A stretch of 50,766 nt of DNA from Mitosporidium daphniae (lineage: Eukaryota). The DNA lies in NCBI RefSeq assembly GCF_000760515.2, contig NW_013546589.1, positions 1-50,766 of the forward strand. The letters run 5' to 3'. Below the pieces are notes generated by a model. It was not told the origin of the DNA, did not search any database, and saw only the letters and a list, made by a program, of their open reading frames with translations. Position 1 is the first letter of the stretch; every line of letters begins with the position of its first letter. Below are positions 14,384-25,000 of the stretch, piece after piece. Made by a program: the position numbers and the translations under genes.

Positions 14384-16618
14384 TTAATTTTCGTCATCAA
14401 ACCATAGTTTTTTCAAATTTACAACATGTTCAAGAGGATGCTTATCATCGGCACCATGGAAATACTTTTTCCTTGACGATGAGAAGAGCAAATGAATTTT
14501 TTTCTGCGATCCAGATATCATTAATGTGAAATGCTTGAAAATAGCCCAGCATCTCGTCCCCTGCATTGCTGTACGCCACCGCTCAACATAGGGTAGGAAG
14601 AAAACGGTAATGCTCTCCTCCTCGGTGGACATAGAGCCATGATTCTTCAAAGCCATTCCAAGAATAGATACAAGCCTGTTTTCAGGTGTGATGTTGCCAA
14701 AGTCGCCCTCGTTAACAGCATAAAGGGTGTAAATGTCCAGTGAGATGATGACTCTAACCAACTTCCCCATTCTCAACGGCATTGCACTGGCCCATGATGA
14801 AAGGGTAGCAGATAAATCTGCACCGCTGTCATCATCTGCAAGTACCAGCGCAATTCTGTTGCATAGGATCTCATCAAGGATCCTAAATGCTTTTGAGTGC
14901 AGACCCAACTCTGATTGCGCGCTGATGATAGTCGTTTCTGACTCGGCACCCCGCAGCCGTGAAGTCACCACTTTGAGGGCCCGAAGCCAGTCAATTGGCT
15001 CTTGTTTGAGCAGCGAAAGGTCGCCACAAGATGCATCTTGAGCGGAGAGCCATGCATCGCCCCCTACTCGCCGCAGCGAGCCGTAAACGGACTCGATGCA
15101 CAATGCCTACAAAATAAACGGCATCAAATGCCCACTTTGAGTTCCGCAAAGGAAAGGCCCTCCGTCTGGATGACGATGCCGTCAACAAGCCCTTTGTCGA
15201 TTTCCGACGAATTACAGCGGCTCATTCCGCGCATGATCATCTCTCTTCGCATGGAGGCAGTGGGTAATCCAAAGTAGAGCTCGCGGTCGAAGCGCCCGGG
15301 TCTCCGAAGAGCAGGATCAATCGCGTCAATGCGGTTGGTAGCCGCGATGATGACCACATTCCCCCTTGTCTCAAGCCCGTCCATCAATGTCAGCAACATA
15401 CTTACAAGTGATATATGGCTCTGATCCTGCTTGGCACTCCTCCGTGGAGCAAGCCCATCCATCTCATCGAAAAAGATGATCGAAGGTGCACTCGCCTTTG
15501 CTTGCTGAAATAGGCTTCGTAGCCCCTTTTCAGCCTCTCCAATCCATTTTGAGAGCAATTCAGAGCTGGAGCGCGAAAAAAAGGCCACTTTACGCTTGCA
15601 ATGTGGCGAATTTTCGCTGATCAGCGTTGCAAGTGCGCGCGCAACCATAGTTTTGCCTGTCCCCGGGGGCCCGTGAAACAAAATTCCTTTGGCAGTGCCA
15701 ATGCCCAACCTCTCAAAAATATGGGGGTACCTACGGAACAGTAAATACAGCGAAATTTTCAACACCAACAAAATAGAACAGCAGCTTTTGAAGCCCAAAT
15801 CAAGGGAAATAAAAATAAATCTGCTCCATCGCATACACAACATCATGCAATTGATCCAATTGAGATCGATGGTACCTTAGGGGCCAAATGACAAGTTCCT
15901 GGAGCGTTGACAGGTGTGTCTCCAACCCGCATATTTCGCCCCATGACACCTGTTCAAAGGTCAAAGGACTATGTGGATGCTTCTCTTTTGCTTTGACATC
16001 GCCGATTCGTCTGTCTTCGGCATCCTCTTCAGAGAAGCCGGCCCAATGGGTGCCATTTTTTTGCATCTTTTGCTCCTTAGAAATGCAAAATGGAGAGGAA
16101 GAAATTCGATACAATGTCCTCTACATCGGCATCATGATCGACAAAGTTACCTCCTTTTTTCGCAGCCGCGAAGAGCGCCTCCTTCTGCGCAGAATATGGT
16201 TAACCTCGGGCCCCGAGAAGATATCATCACCTTTGCCTTCTGAAAAAATCGCACCATCGCCATCAAATCTGCCTCCAGACCCCAACGGTGGTCCGGCCCG
16301 GAACCACATTTCCGGCACTCCTGAGGATGAATCTGAAAAAGACAGATTTTCATGTGAATCTGGTATGTCCGTATCAGAAGATCTCGCAAGAAACAAGTCC
16401 CTTTTGATACTTTTGCTGCCATCCAGCCTCCCCTTTCGCCCGATTGGTTGAAAATGCGAGGGGCTGCTTTTAATGATGGCTGCCCATTCACGATTGATTT
16501 TGTCGGGCAAGAAATTTTCAATCTCACCACGCTCGGCAGAATTTGCGTTCACATCAATGGGTGTCCTGCGAATGTCGCCATTTACCGGTGCATTGATGGT
16601 CACCTTCTCATCTCGCAT
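14384..16618 (-). CDS. Shortened ATAD2/Yta7-like AAA+ ATPase, 3 introns
   Basis: GILFHGPPGTGKT, LSKWIGEAE, IIFFDEMDGLAPRRSAKQDQSH and DPALRRPGRFDRELYF. Start codon is uncertain. Confidence 0.85.
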
Positions 16619-17252
16619 TAAAATACAAATAGAGTTTCCAATTAAAAGTTGTCCGTAAATTTTTGGCAACAAATTTTCGCAACAAATTTTGGCAACTTGT
16701 TTTTCTCGCCAATGAGATTTTGCAGTGCATTGGTTGGAATGTTTAGCTAAAGAAATCGGAAGCCCCGCAAAATACGTACGGCGTGACTTTGGAAAAAGAG
16801 CTGGAACTGTAGACAGACTCTCGAGATGCTTTTTAGCCTTTTGAACAGAAGTCTCATCTGCGGCATCAAGGAAGGAAAATCTCGGATTTGGAGACCATGT
16901 TCTCTGCACTTCCGCGCGATGTTTTTCGTAAACTTTCGGCGATCAAATTCTTCAGCCTAACAAACGAGTCTCAATAGTCAGCTTTGCCTAGTGATAAAAG
17001 ATCGCAATAAGAAGCCAATCGCTGAGAAAAGAAATCCACGGCATAAACAGCGTCTCAAAAATGTCCCCAGTAATTCAAAATTCAAGACAAGATGCGAAGC
17101 TCGTGAGATGGATCTTTGCAAAATTACCAGCGAGTCACTGATGAAAAAGGCAATGTTCGATGACAAAAGCAGGCTATACTCGCTTCCGTCCGTGTCCGAC
17201 TTTACACTTGCCAGGGGCATGTCTTGAATCCAGTATCGAGCAAGTTTTTTTC

Positions 17253-17312
17253 GGTCAATGAGCTCTGTTTACACTTGCAAGCTCTTTTTGGTCAATGAGC
17301 TCTGTTTACACT
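17253..17312. repeat. 23-bp direct repeat, 37-bp period
   Basis: GGTCAATGAGCTCTGTTTACACT at 17253-17275 and 17290-17312. Confidence 0.9.
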
Positions 17313-17869
17313 CGTAAGTGGTCCATTGGGGGGAAGAAGAGCTCTGCTTGCCAAACAGATCGAAAAAGGTGCCAGATGGTTTGTAGGATTTTTTAATTCG
17401 AAACCACTACGCTATGAAAGTGCATGTCGCCTAGCGAAATTCGATACAAATGTTCAAGGCACTTTTTCTCTCTGGTTATAATCGAAACGAGCTTAAAGTG
17501 CATCCAAAAAAGATCCTCCATGCATAGCGAAACTCTATAAGAAATATGGGTAGAACACTGGGGATGATAGCCCAGGTGGGAGGTGCACAAATCAAAGATC
17601 CCTTCAAGCCCGGACTGAAATGTCTGGGATCTCCCATCGACAATGTGCAGAAATCGGTGTGCCCACACCCAGATGGTACCTTCAGTGTAGTTTGCAAGAG
17701 TGACCCAATCTGGATGTAAACATTGGAGCATTGGCTTTCTAAATAAGACTCATTCAAGAAGCTGAAAACCCCCTCTTTCACTTGGACTAACACTTCCAAC
17801 TCAAGCGTCAGGGTTTGCAGTCAACCGATATTCATGGTGAGGTGTGTAAAAGAGGCAAATTGTACTTTT

Positions 17870-17930
17870 ATTGAAAAATCCCACGTTGGCTGCTTTCATT
17901 GAAAAATTCCACGTTGGCTGCTTTCATTGA
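17870..17930. repeat. 28-bp tandem duplication spanning the MADS stop codon
   Basis: ATTGAAAAATYCCACGTTGGCTGCTTTC twice, plus ATTGA. Confidence 0.9.
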
Positions 17931-18141
17931 TATACCTGAGCATTAGCCCAGTGACACTGGAGTCTCTTGACGAAAATTGGTATATGCGACCTTCGTATAC
18001 TAACACCACCATCACCTGGCATGAGCAAAGAGAGCTAAGCTCGTCTGCCTTTTTAAATAGCCCTAGGCGTCTCTTATTAAATGTGATTGATCGGCGCTTT
18101 CTTTGTTCGATCGGCTCGATACTTATCCGTCTCCTTCCCAT
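17896..18141 (-). CDS. Minimal MADS-box (MEF2-type) transcription factor
   Basis: MGRRRISIEPI...RSITFNKRRLGLFKKADELSSLC. Confidence 0.9.
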   Translation of the reverse strand: MGRRRISIEPIEQRKRRSITFNKRRLGLFKKADELSSLCSCQVMVVLVYEGRIYQFSSRDSSVTGLMLRYINESSQRGIFQ

Positions 18142-18289
18142 GTCACTAGTTGGCTCTGATTTCGCGGCCAAAATTACAAACAAGGCGGCCGGTGCCCTCC
18201 CGCGGTATGATTGGGCAAATGTTGAAACTTGAGTGCACATTACGATTTTGGCAATTTTGTTAATTTTAACCGGCAGCCTTTTTGACTAG

Positions 18290-19639
18290 CAAATCAATCA
18301 TACAGCGGCCAAAAGAAGATTTTTTCTCGTTCCTTTAATATTCTTGCTTATTTCTATTCGCTTTTACCTCAAACTCTCCAAATATTCCTCTAAAAGGGCA
18401 GCAAATTCACCTATCAAAGGAAAATCAGATACGTTGATCTATGAGCACATTCAGCTTCCAAATGGCCTAAAGACGCTGGTTATTCACGACCATACGGCAG
18501 AAACCGTATATTATCATTTTTATGCAGAATAGGCGTCAGCAACCATCTCCTTTAATTTTGGATCTTTCTTGGATCCGCCAGAATATCCAGGATTGGCCCA
18601 TTTTCTTGAGCATCTACTGTTTATGGGGACAGAAAAATACCGAGATGAAGCAGAATACGTGTCTTTTATATCTGAAAATTCTGGATCGTGCAATGCAGAG
18701 ACAAGTGGAGAGTATACGCTCTACCACTTTTCCATTAAGGCCGATTTTCTTGAGCCTGCTCTTGATAGATTTTCTCAATTTTTCACGGCACCGCTTTTTT
18801 CTGCCTCTTGTGTTGGAAAAGAAATAGATGCCATTGATTCAGAATTTTTGATTCATCGTCAACACGATTTTCAGAGATACCGACATGTGCGTGCTTTCCT
18901 AACTAACCTTTCCCACCCGTTCCATAATTTTCTTGTTGCAAACAAGGCCACTTTGACAGGAAAGGATGGTGGAAATATCCGCGATGGTACCTTTTTTTTC
19001 CTATAGGGTTAGAGGTCATAAGTTTCTACAGAAATCATTACTCTGCCGATCGTATGAGCCTTGTCGTTGTTGGAAAAGAGCCAATTGCCGATCTTATCAA
19101 GCTTGTCAAGGACAAATTTCCAAATGTCCCTGGATCTTTGCAACCATTTGATTGCTATTGGAAACACATATCTCGAGCGGTTGAAGAAAACCTTGGATCC
19201 ATTATTTGGGTCAAGACTTTGCAATTAACAAGGACGATTGAGTTTGTATGGCAAATCCCAGATCAAATGCCCTTGTACATGTCAAAGCCTGCTAGCTTTC
19301 TTGCTGGCATTATTGGACATGACGGCGATGGCGGTTATTTCGATGTTTGGGAAAGATTCTGAAGAAACTCTTGATTCACTTTGCACACATATAGCAAGTT
19401 CCGGCAGCCAAGCCCCCATTGCCATCAATGCTACCGACGACGATTTTATTGGCCGCTGGAAAACGGACAACAACAAATTTATCCTCCCCGCTCCAATCTG
19501 CAAAATTTGCATTTTCGACACATGTTGCATCGGTTGGTTTTATGTGTACGCATCTTTAATTCCAGCACGCCATGTCCATTGCGGCGTTCGGTGCATCCCC
19601 ACATATTGGGCGTGGTCTGAAGGTTTGGGCAAAATTTAA
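18290..19639 (+). CDS. Truncated insulinase-family (M16A, IDE/Ste23-like) metallopeptidase, possibly a pseudogene
   Basis: LPNGL, PGLAHFLEHLLFMGTEKY (HxxEH), ALDRFSQFF, YSADRMSLVV and IGHDGDG. No clear ATG; ends far short of family length. Confidence 0.8.
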
Positions 19640-19682
19640 AACCATTAAATTGTAAAAACTTGAGTTTGATCTATTGAAAAAA

Positions 19683-20546
19683 TTATTCGGCGAGGGCTGT
19701 CGCCAAAATGAATCCCAACGCCGGAAGGAACGACCATCCCAATGTTGGCGTTCTATGCGAAGACGAGCTGTTCATAGACTCATTCGAGGAATTAGTATGT
19801 CCAGGCACCACACCACCCCTAAAGCACTTATCCAAAGTTACCAAGCTATATCCCTTTCCCTGGATATAATCGATAATATCTGGCACAGCGTCCACGCTAC
19901 TTTGGATATAGTCTCTCTGCACGCTGATAAATCCGCCCTTTGTGTTTGGCGACAGCTGATCCAGGACGTTCTTGAATGAGGAAAGAATATCGGTCCCGTT
20001 TAACGCGTAATCATACGAATCCAAATTATAAGTGGAAAGTACATACTTTCCCTGGTCCGTAATTGCAGATATCTGGTCATCAGAGAGATTGCTTATCTTT
20101 GGCACACGCACAAAATACGGCGGTTCCGGCGAGCCTATGGCCCTTTGTATTGTAGCGGCCCTGTCGGCAAGTAGCGCAAGAAGGTCGTCATTATTGGTGA
20201 GCGCGCTCAAGTCCACCTGTTCCTCAATTGAGAATCCAATGAGATGGCCTGAGGAATATGCCCGCTGCAAATTGGCAACAATGGACGGCTCTTGTAGGAA
20301 AGAGACCACCGGATGGAACGTCGCCTTGCATTGCTTTGCGTCAAGAGCATCAAGCACGTTCCCAGTATATATGGAGGGCCCTTGGTCAAACGTCATTGCA
20401 AAAGACCCTGGCTGGCATATGTTCAGAACTTTTGTGTTTATGTACGCTTCTGTCACTCCGGCCGCTAGCAGCATCAGAAGCGCCAAGGGCGTCCACCATG
20501 CACAGCCCCTCACAGTTCTTGTGGCGAGTGTTTCTGTTCTTTTCAT
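19683..20546 (-). CDS. Chitin/polysaccharide deacetylase-like (CE4/NodB) protein with signal peptide and GPI-like tail, catalytic residues degenerate
   Basis: TFDQGP, KATF, GHLIG, DSYDY and IIDYIQGKGYSLVTLDKC; hydrophobic N- and C-termini. Confidence 0.88.
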   Translation of the reverse strand: MKRTETLATRTVRGCAWWTPLALLMLLAAGVTEAYINTKVLNICQPGSFAMTFDQGPSIYTGNVLDALDAKQCKATFHPVVSFLQEPSIVANLQRAYSSGHLIGFSIEEQVDLSALTNNDDLLALLADRAATIQRAIGSPEPPYFVRVPKISNLSDDQISAITDQGKYVLSTYNLDSYDYALNGTDILSSFKNVLDQLSPNTKGGFISVQRDYIQSSVDAVPDIIDYIQGKGYSLVTLDKCFRGGVVPGHTNSSNESMNSSSSHRTPTLGWSFLPALGFILATALAE

Positions 20547-20655
20547 CGATCTAGTAATGGCTTTGGCGTGCCCACTAGTTATAGGCGCTGTTGACTGTCT
20601 CAATGATGTGTACCATGGACACTTCCCGATTTGGAACTATAAATTTTAAAATTAA

Positions 20656-21819
20656 ATGGAGGAACGACCCTCCTCGTATTGCCAGCCCCGCACCCCTTTG
20701 GGTACAGGAGTCTCATTTCCAGGGTCGGGAGTGAGCACACCTAGTACATCCGCCGGAACGCCCATCGGCCCAAATTTTGGAGGCTCTTCGCTGCCTTCAG
20801 GACCGGCTCGCTCGTCGCCAACGGCCATCTCAGGCTTTGCATGCTCGCCTGCCGACATGCAGCTCATCGATGCCATTATCACGCATGCTCATGGTGAGCT
20901 TGAGCAGCAACCGCTTCCAAAATGCGCATTTTGCGGCAGGCTCTCACTCACCCACAGTTTAAGCATTGCCCATTCAGAAGAGTCTTGCCTGGCCAATGCC
21001 GCGTCGCTAGCCTCCAAGCGGATGGTGCCACTGGCCGATGATAGCGCCTTAGAAAAGGAAAAAGTACCGGAACTGAAATTTCCGCAAAAAAAGGGCCCAT
21101 CTGTTCGTCGCACCAGGAAGAAATTCGCCTCTGCAGGAGCAGAGGAGGACGACGACTTTGCAAATTCAATGATCTCCTCGATCGTTGTTTCGCCAGACGG
21201 GCATACGGGCCCTGCACCTAGAAAGAAAAGAAAGACCCCTTCATCTAAAAAGGCGTCTTCAGGCCGAATGCCTGACATCAGCGATCCTTTGACACCGATT
21301 ATGACCCAGATGCCGAATAAGCCTCATATTCAACAGCAGCATCATCTTGATTATTCGTCGCCATCGGAAATTTCCCTATGGATTCCAATGTTAGCCGATG
21401 CATCCCATTTGGTGGCGGCCATGCTTGATGGAAAGGCTGCCTCCTTTTCGCTTCAGCGCCCCCGCATGCAAATGCTGTTGGCAGGAAACCACATGCTGGC
21501 AGCAAAGCGAAAAAGAGCACCTATTTTTGTGGACGCTGTTGCACAAGGCCTTGATCACATCATCCGTACCTCGCTTGTGGGTAGGAGACGACTGGCCGCT
21601 GCTGCTTCGGCGGCCGCATCGGCCTTGTCATCTGGTAGCGCCCCTCTTTCTTTGACTTCAAAATCTACCCCCCCAAACGCATCGCCCCCAGATGCAAACG
21701 CAGGCATTTCGACGGTCAAGAAAAAGCGCAGTGGCCCCGCCACTCGTGGCGCTCGTTTGCATCCCTCTCCTCCTGTGCTGCGCCCTACAGCTACAGCGCT
21801 CTCCATGCCTGAGATTTAG
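20656..21819 (+). CDS. Unknown low-complexity protein, probably nuclear
   Basis: 387-aa ATG ORF after an AT-rich leader; CAFC...H...C cluster and basic NLS-like runs. Confidence 0.7.
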   Translation: MEERPSSYCQPRTPLGTGVSFPGSGVSTPSTSAGTPIGPNFGGSSLPSGPARSSPTAISGFACSPADMQLIDAIITHAHGELEQQPLPKCAFCGRLSLTHSLSIAHSEESCLANAASLASKRMVPLADDSALEKEKVPELKFPQKKGPSVRRTRKKFASAGAEEDDDFANSMISSIVVSPDGHTGPAPRKKRKTPSSKKASSGRMPDISDPLTPIMTQMPNKPHIQQQHHLDYSSPSEISLWIPMLADASHLVAAMLDGKAASFSLQRPRMQMLLAGNHMLAAKRKRAPIFVDAVAQGLDHIIRTSLVGRRRLAAAASAAASALSSGSAPLSLTSKSTPPNASPPDANAGISTVKKKRSGPATRGARLHPSPPVLRPTATALSMPEI

Positions 21820-22041
21820 TATATGTACAGCACGCTCATAAATACAGGTGGGCACATTCAAGCCACAATCCTATCAGTTTGGTACCACGCGGTACAATAC
21901 GACAGTGGAGTGTCCAAGTTAGTAAATCAACTCATTAGCTTAGCATGCACAGTACACACTGGCAAGCCTAGATGTGCTCAATAACAGCGTTAAGCGTGCA
22001 GTGTTATCGCTTTTGGCCTTCAAAGGATTTATTATAACGTG

Positions 22042-25000
22042 CTATGGACTCAGTTCTTGTGAGCAGCACGAACGGGCAACGCTCTCGAAAAGCCGTTCAA
22101 TATCTGGCGATCCGCGGGCAAACGGCTGTTGCCAGAAACGGCACGCAGGGGTTCGGATCAAGTCTACAAACGTAATAAGCAAACCCCAAGGATGCGGGCG
22201 CTGCACCACAAGCCGCTCTAGCAATACGCGGGCAATGGTTTCTCGTGCCGCCACAAGGTTGTTAGCAGAGAACCAATTTCGGATCAGCAGCGCACAAAAT
22301 AGCGTGTGTGGGTTGGGATACCTCAGCTGGTTAGCCACGGCGCTCACCACCAAGTACCGGCCTTCGTCCTCGTTTATGGTGCTCATAGAAGCTGTGGCTG
22401 CGAGCAATGCGGTCAGCAGCATTGCTGCACGCGAGCCATCGATGGAGCCGTGGCACCGATCTAGGTCATGGCCGTGCGCGACTATATAAAATACCACCAG
22501 GTTGATCCAGACAGGTCTCGGGATCGTTGCAGGTGGCTGTAGCAGCAGCGTCGCAGCATTCGCCGAAATTCGTCCGTGTTCCAATGCCTCATCTAACAAG
22601 GTACGTGGTGATGGGGGGACCGGAGACGTTAGAAGGCCAGCAAGTTGCGCCAGAGAAGGCTCCAGAGTGGTAGTATGATGCTGCAGGGAATCTGTCACCA
22701 GCGCTTCGATATTGAGCACAGGTGAAAAAGGGTCGAGAAGCTTCAAATTTCGCGGGAAAGCAGAAAGCACAAGATTGCGCAATTGCCAGGCGGCCCCCGG
22801 CATCGCAGCAACAAGACGCCAGTGCCGTTGTGCAAGGAATTCTGGGAAATCGTGCAACAACACCACGAACAATCGCAGCAACCCTTCATTGAAGCGTAGG
22901 GCGGCTGCACTGACCTCGGAGCTCGACAGGCCGGAAGAAAGCAAATCAGATGACGGCCCGCTGGTTACACATGTGCCGATGCAAATGGTCGCACCTGAAG
23001 AGTTAAGAGAAGCACCGACAAGAGTAGACCAAAAGGCCAGAGCATCCAATAGAAGAACAAGAGGTGCATCCGAACTGACACGACATCCTACGTTGCTGAT
23101 GCCACCATTGGCGAGGATAAGCCGTGGAAGCAGAACTCGATGCGAGAGCATGTCAAGCCAAGCGAAAGCAAGCCCCGGGTAGAGCGTTGGACGACACATG
23201 TGCATGCCCTGTGCAAACAGATCGAAAAAAGCAGCGGAGAGTGTGGCATCGCCAAGCTGCCGTTCAGCTCCGTGCCATTCTACAAGCAATGCACCGAGAA
23301 GCTCAGCCAAGGTGCGCGCTAATGAACCCCCAGATGCAATGGAACGACAAAGTGCTGCCCAAAAGCGTGCCAAAAGCTCCGTTCGTCCCATGCCTAGCAG
23401 TGAATCTGGAGCGAATGTAGACCCCGTCGCAGCATTGGCATGCACTCCGTCCGTGGTGCTGGATTCATTAATGTGCAAGCCAATGCCGTTCGCAAACTGG
23501 CCATCTCCGGTGAGGTGCATGTTTTTATCTTCGCCATGAGGCCACATACGCACAACAAAGAGCAAGAGACGAGCAAGGGCGACGGTGCGCGGGGAGCGCC
23601 CGCGCTCTACAGTGCCACACCATGCCCAACCCAGTGCACGTTGCCAAAAGAACTCGAAAAGTGCAGGGACGCGAAAATACCCGCGCACTACGGCCTGATT
23701 AGCAAAAGAGCACAGCGTTTTGTCTGAAGAAGAGACCGCATCACAAAGCCGTGCCCATTCTTCAAGAAGGGACACAAGACGTAATTCAGCGGTTGCATCT
23801 GTGGCTTGTGTGATGGCCTCGCGTCGCCACTCGGCGTCGACAGGATGCATGCCTCCACTGGTGGCTGCTTGTAACGTCGCTTCCCAATCCCACGGCGAAA
23901 AAGGTGCCGGGGTAGTTCCACGCGCACGCGCCGATGCTTTTATCAGCGCCAGCGCCCATGAAGATGAGTCCGAGTATGTTCCCAAAGTCGAACCAGAAGT
24001 TGGCCCCGATTCTGTGGCAAGACCCGAGTCTATGTGCGTAGCTTTTAACGACGTGAGAGCAGCGCCAAGTGCACAGTCAAAGGCAAGTAGCGAACCAATA
24101 CCGGATTCAAGAATGGCGATCAGGACCGGGATTGGCGGTAGGGACTCGGTATGTCGTACGTTCGTGGCAAGAGCGAGAACCCAATCACTGACTTGCCGCG
24201 CCACGCGCGAAGAGAGTTCGCAAAGTTTGTCTAGCAGCAGCACAAGCGCAGAGCATCTCGTCGATGCCAAGGTAGAGCCCATCTCTAAATTCGGAGAATG
24301 AAGTAGCAATGCCCAGAGCCGCTCGGCAAATGCCGCACATGTCTCATCGCGTTGCGGAGCATGAAGTGCGAGCACAAGCACCTGCTTCATGAGCGTTCGT
24401 AACGATGCATGTTCTTGTACTGGAGCCCCCCCTGCTGATGGCGGACCTGACTCGCTGCGAGCTGGACGCTCACTTGCGAGTTCGCAAATTTGTGCGACAA
24501 GTCCATCAAACTCGCCCAATGCAATTTCGGATGGCGTGTGTGAACCAATGCCATCTGGGCTTGTTGGTTTCCGTGGTTCTTGATCGGAGATCTGAAGCGT
24601 TGGAGGGATCGCACCATGCGCCATGCCGAGCATCGCCCCGATGCGTACACGGTCGCCATGTTCAAAGGGCGCAAGCAGTGTACCGGTTTCCGGAAGCACG
24701 CCACCATTCCAGCCTCCAAAGGCTTCCAAGACTGCGGAAAGGTTGGCTGCATTGGCAGCCTGACCACGAGCTCCACCAGCCGAATTGTCGATGTTGCTAA
24801 CACTAGAAGCTGTGAGTGCAGAATTATGGGCTGCAAGTGCGGCCCCAACAACGGCCATGCGTTCAATGATTTCAGCCAGAAGAGGTTGTTCGCTGCTCGA
24901 CAATATCATCAGCACATCGATGCCCGATGTTTCCTCCACTACAGCAGCAAAGCTTTCTACAAAGCGTACCAACGCCGCTGCAATAGGCTCCCTTAGCGTT

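Noticed and set aside
17393..17900. TGA readthrough, selenoprotein or antizyme frameshift downstream of the MADS gene
   Set aside because: No recognisable protein results, no SECIS was seen, and TGA acts as a normal stop in other genes here.
22006..22030. U2 snRNA-like start ATCGCTTTTGGCCTT
   Set aside because: No following GATCAAGTGTAGTA branch-pairing region.
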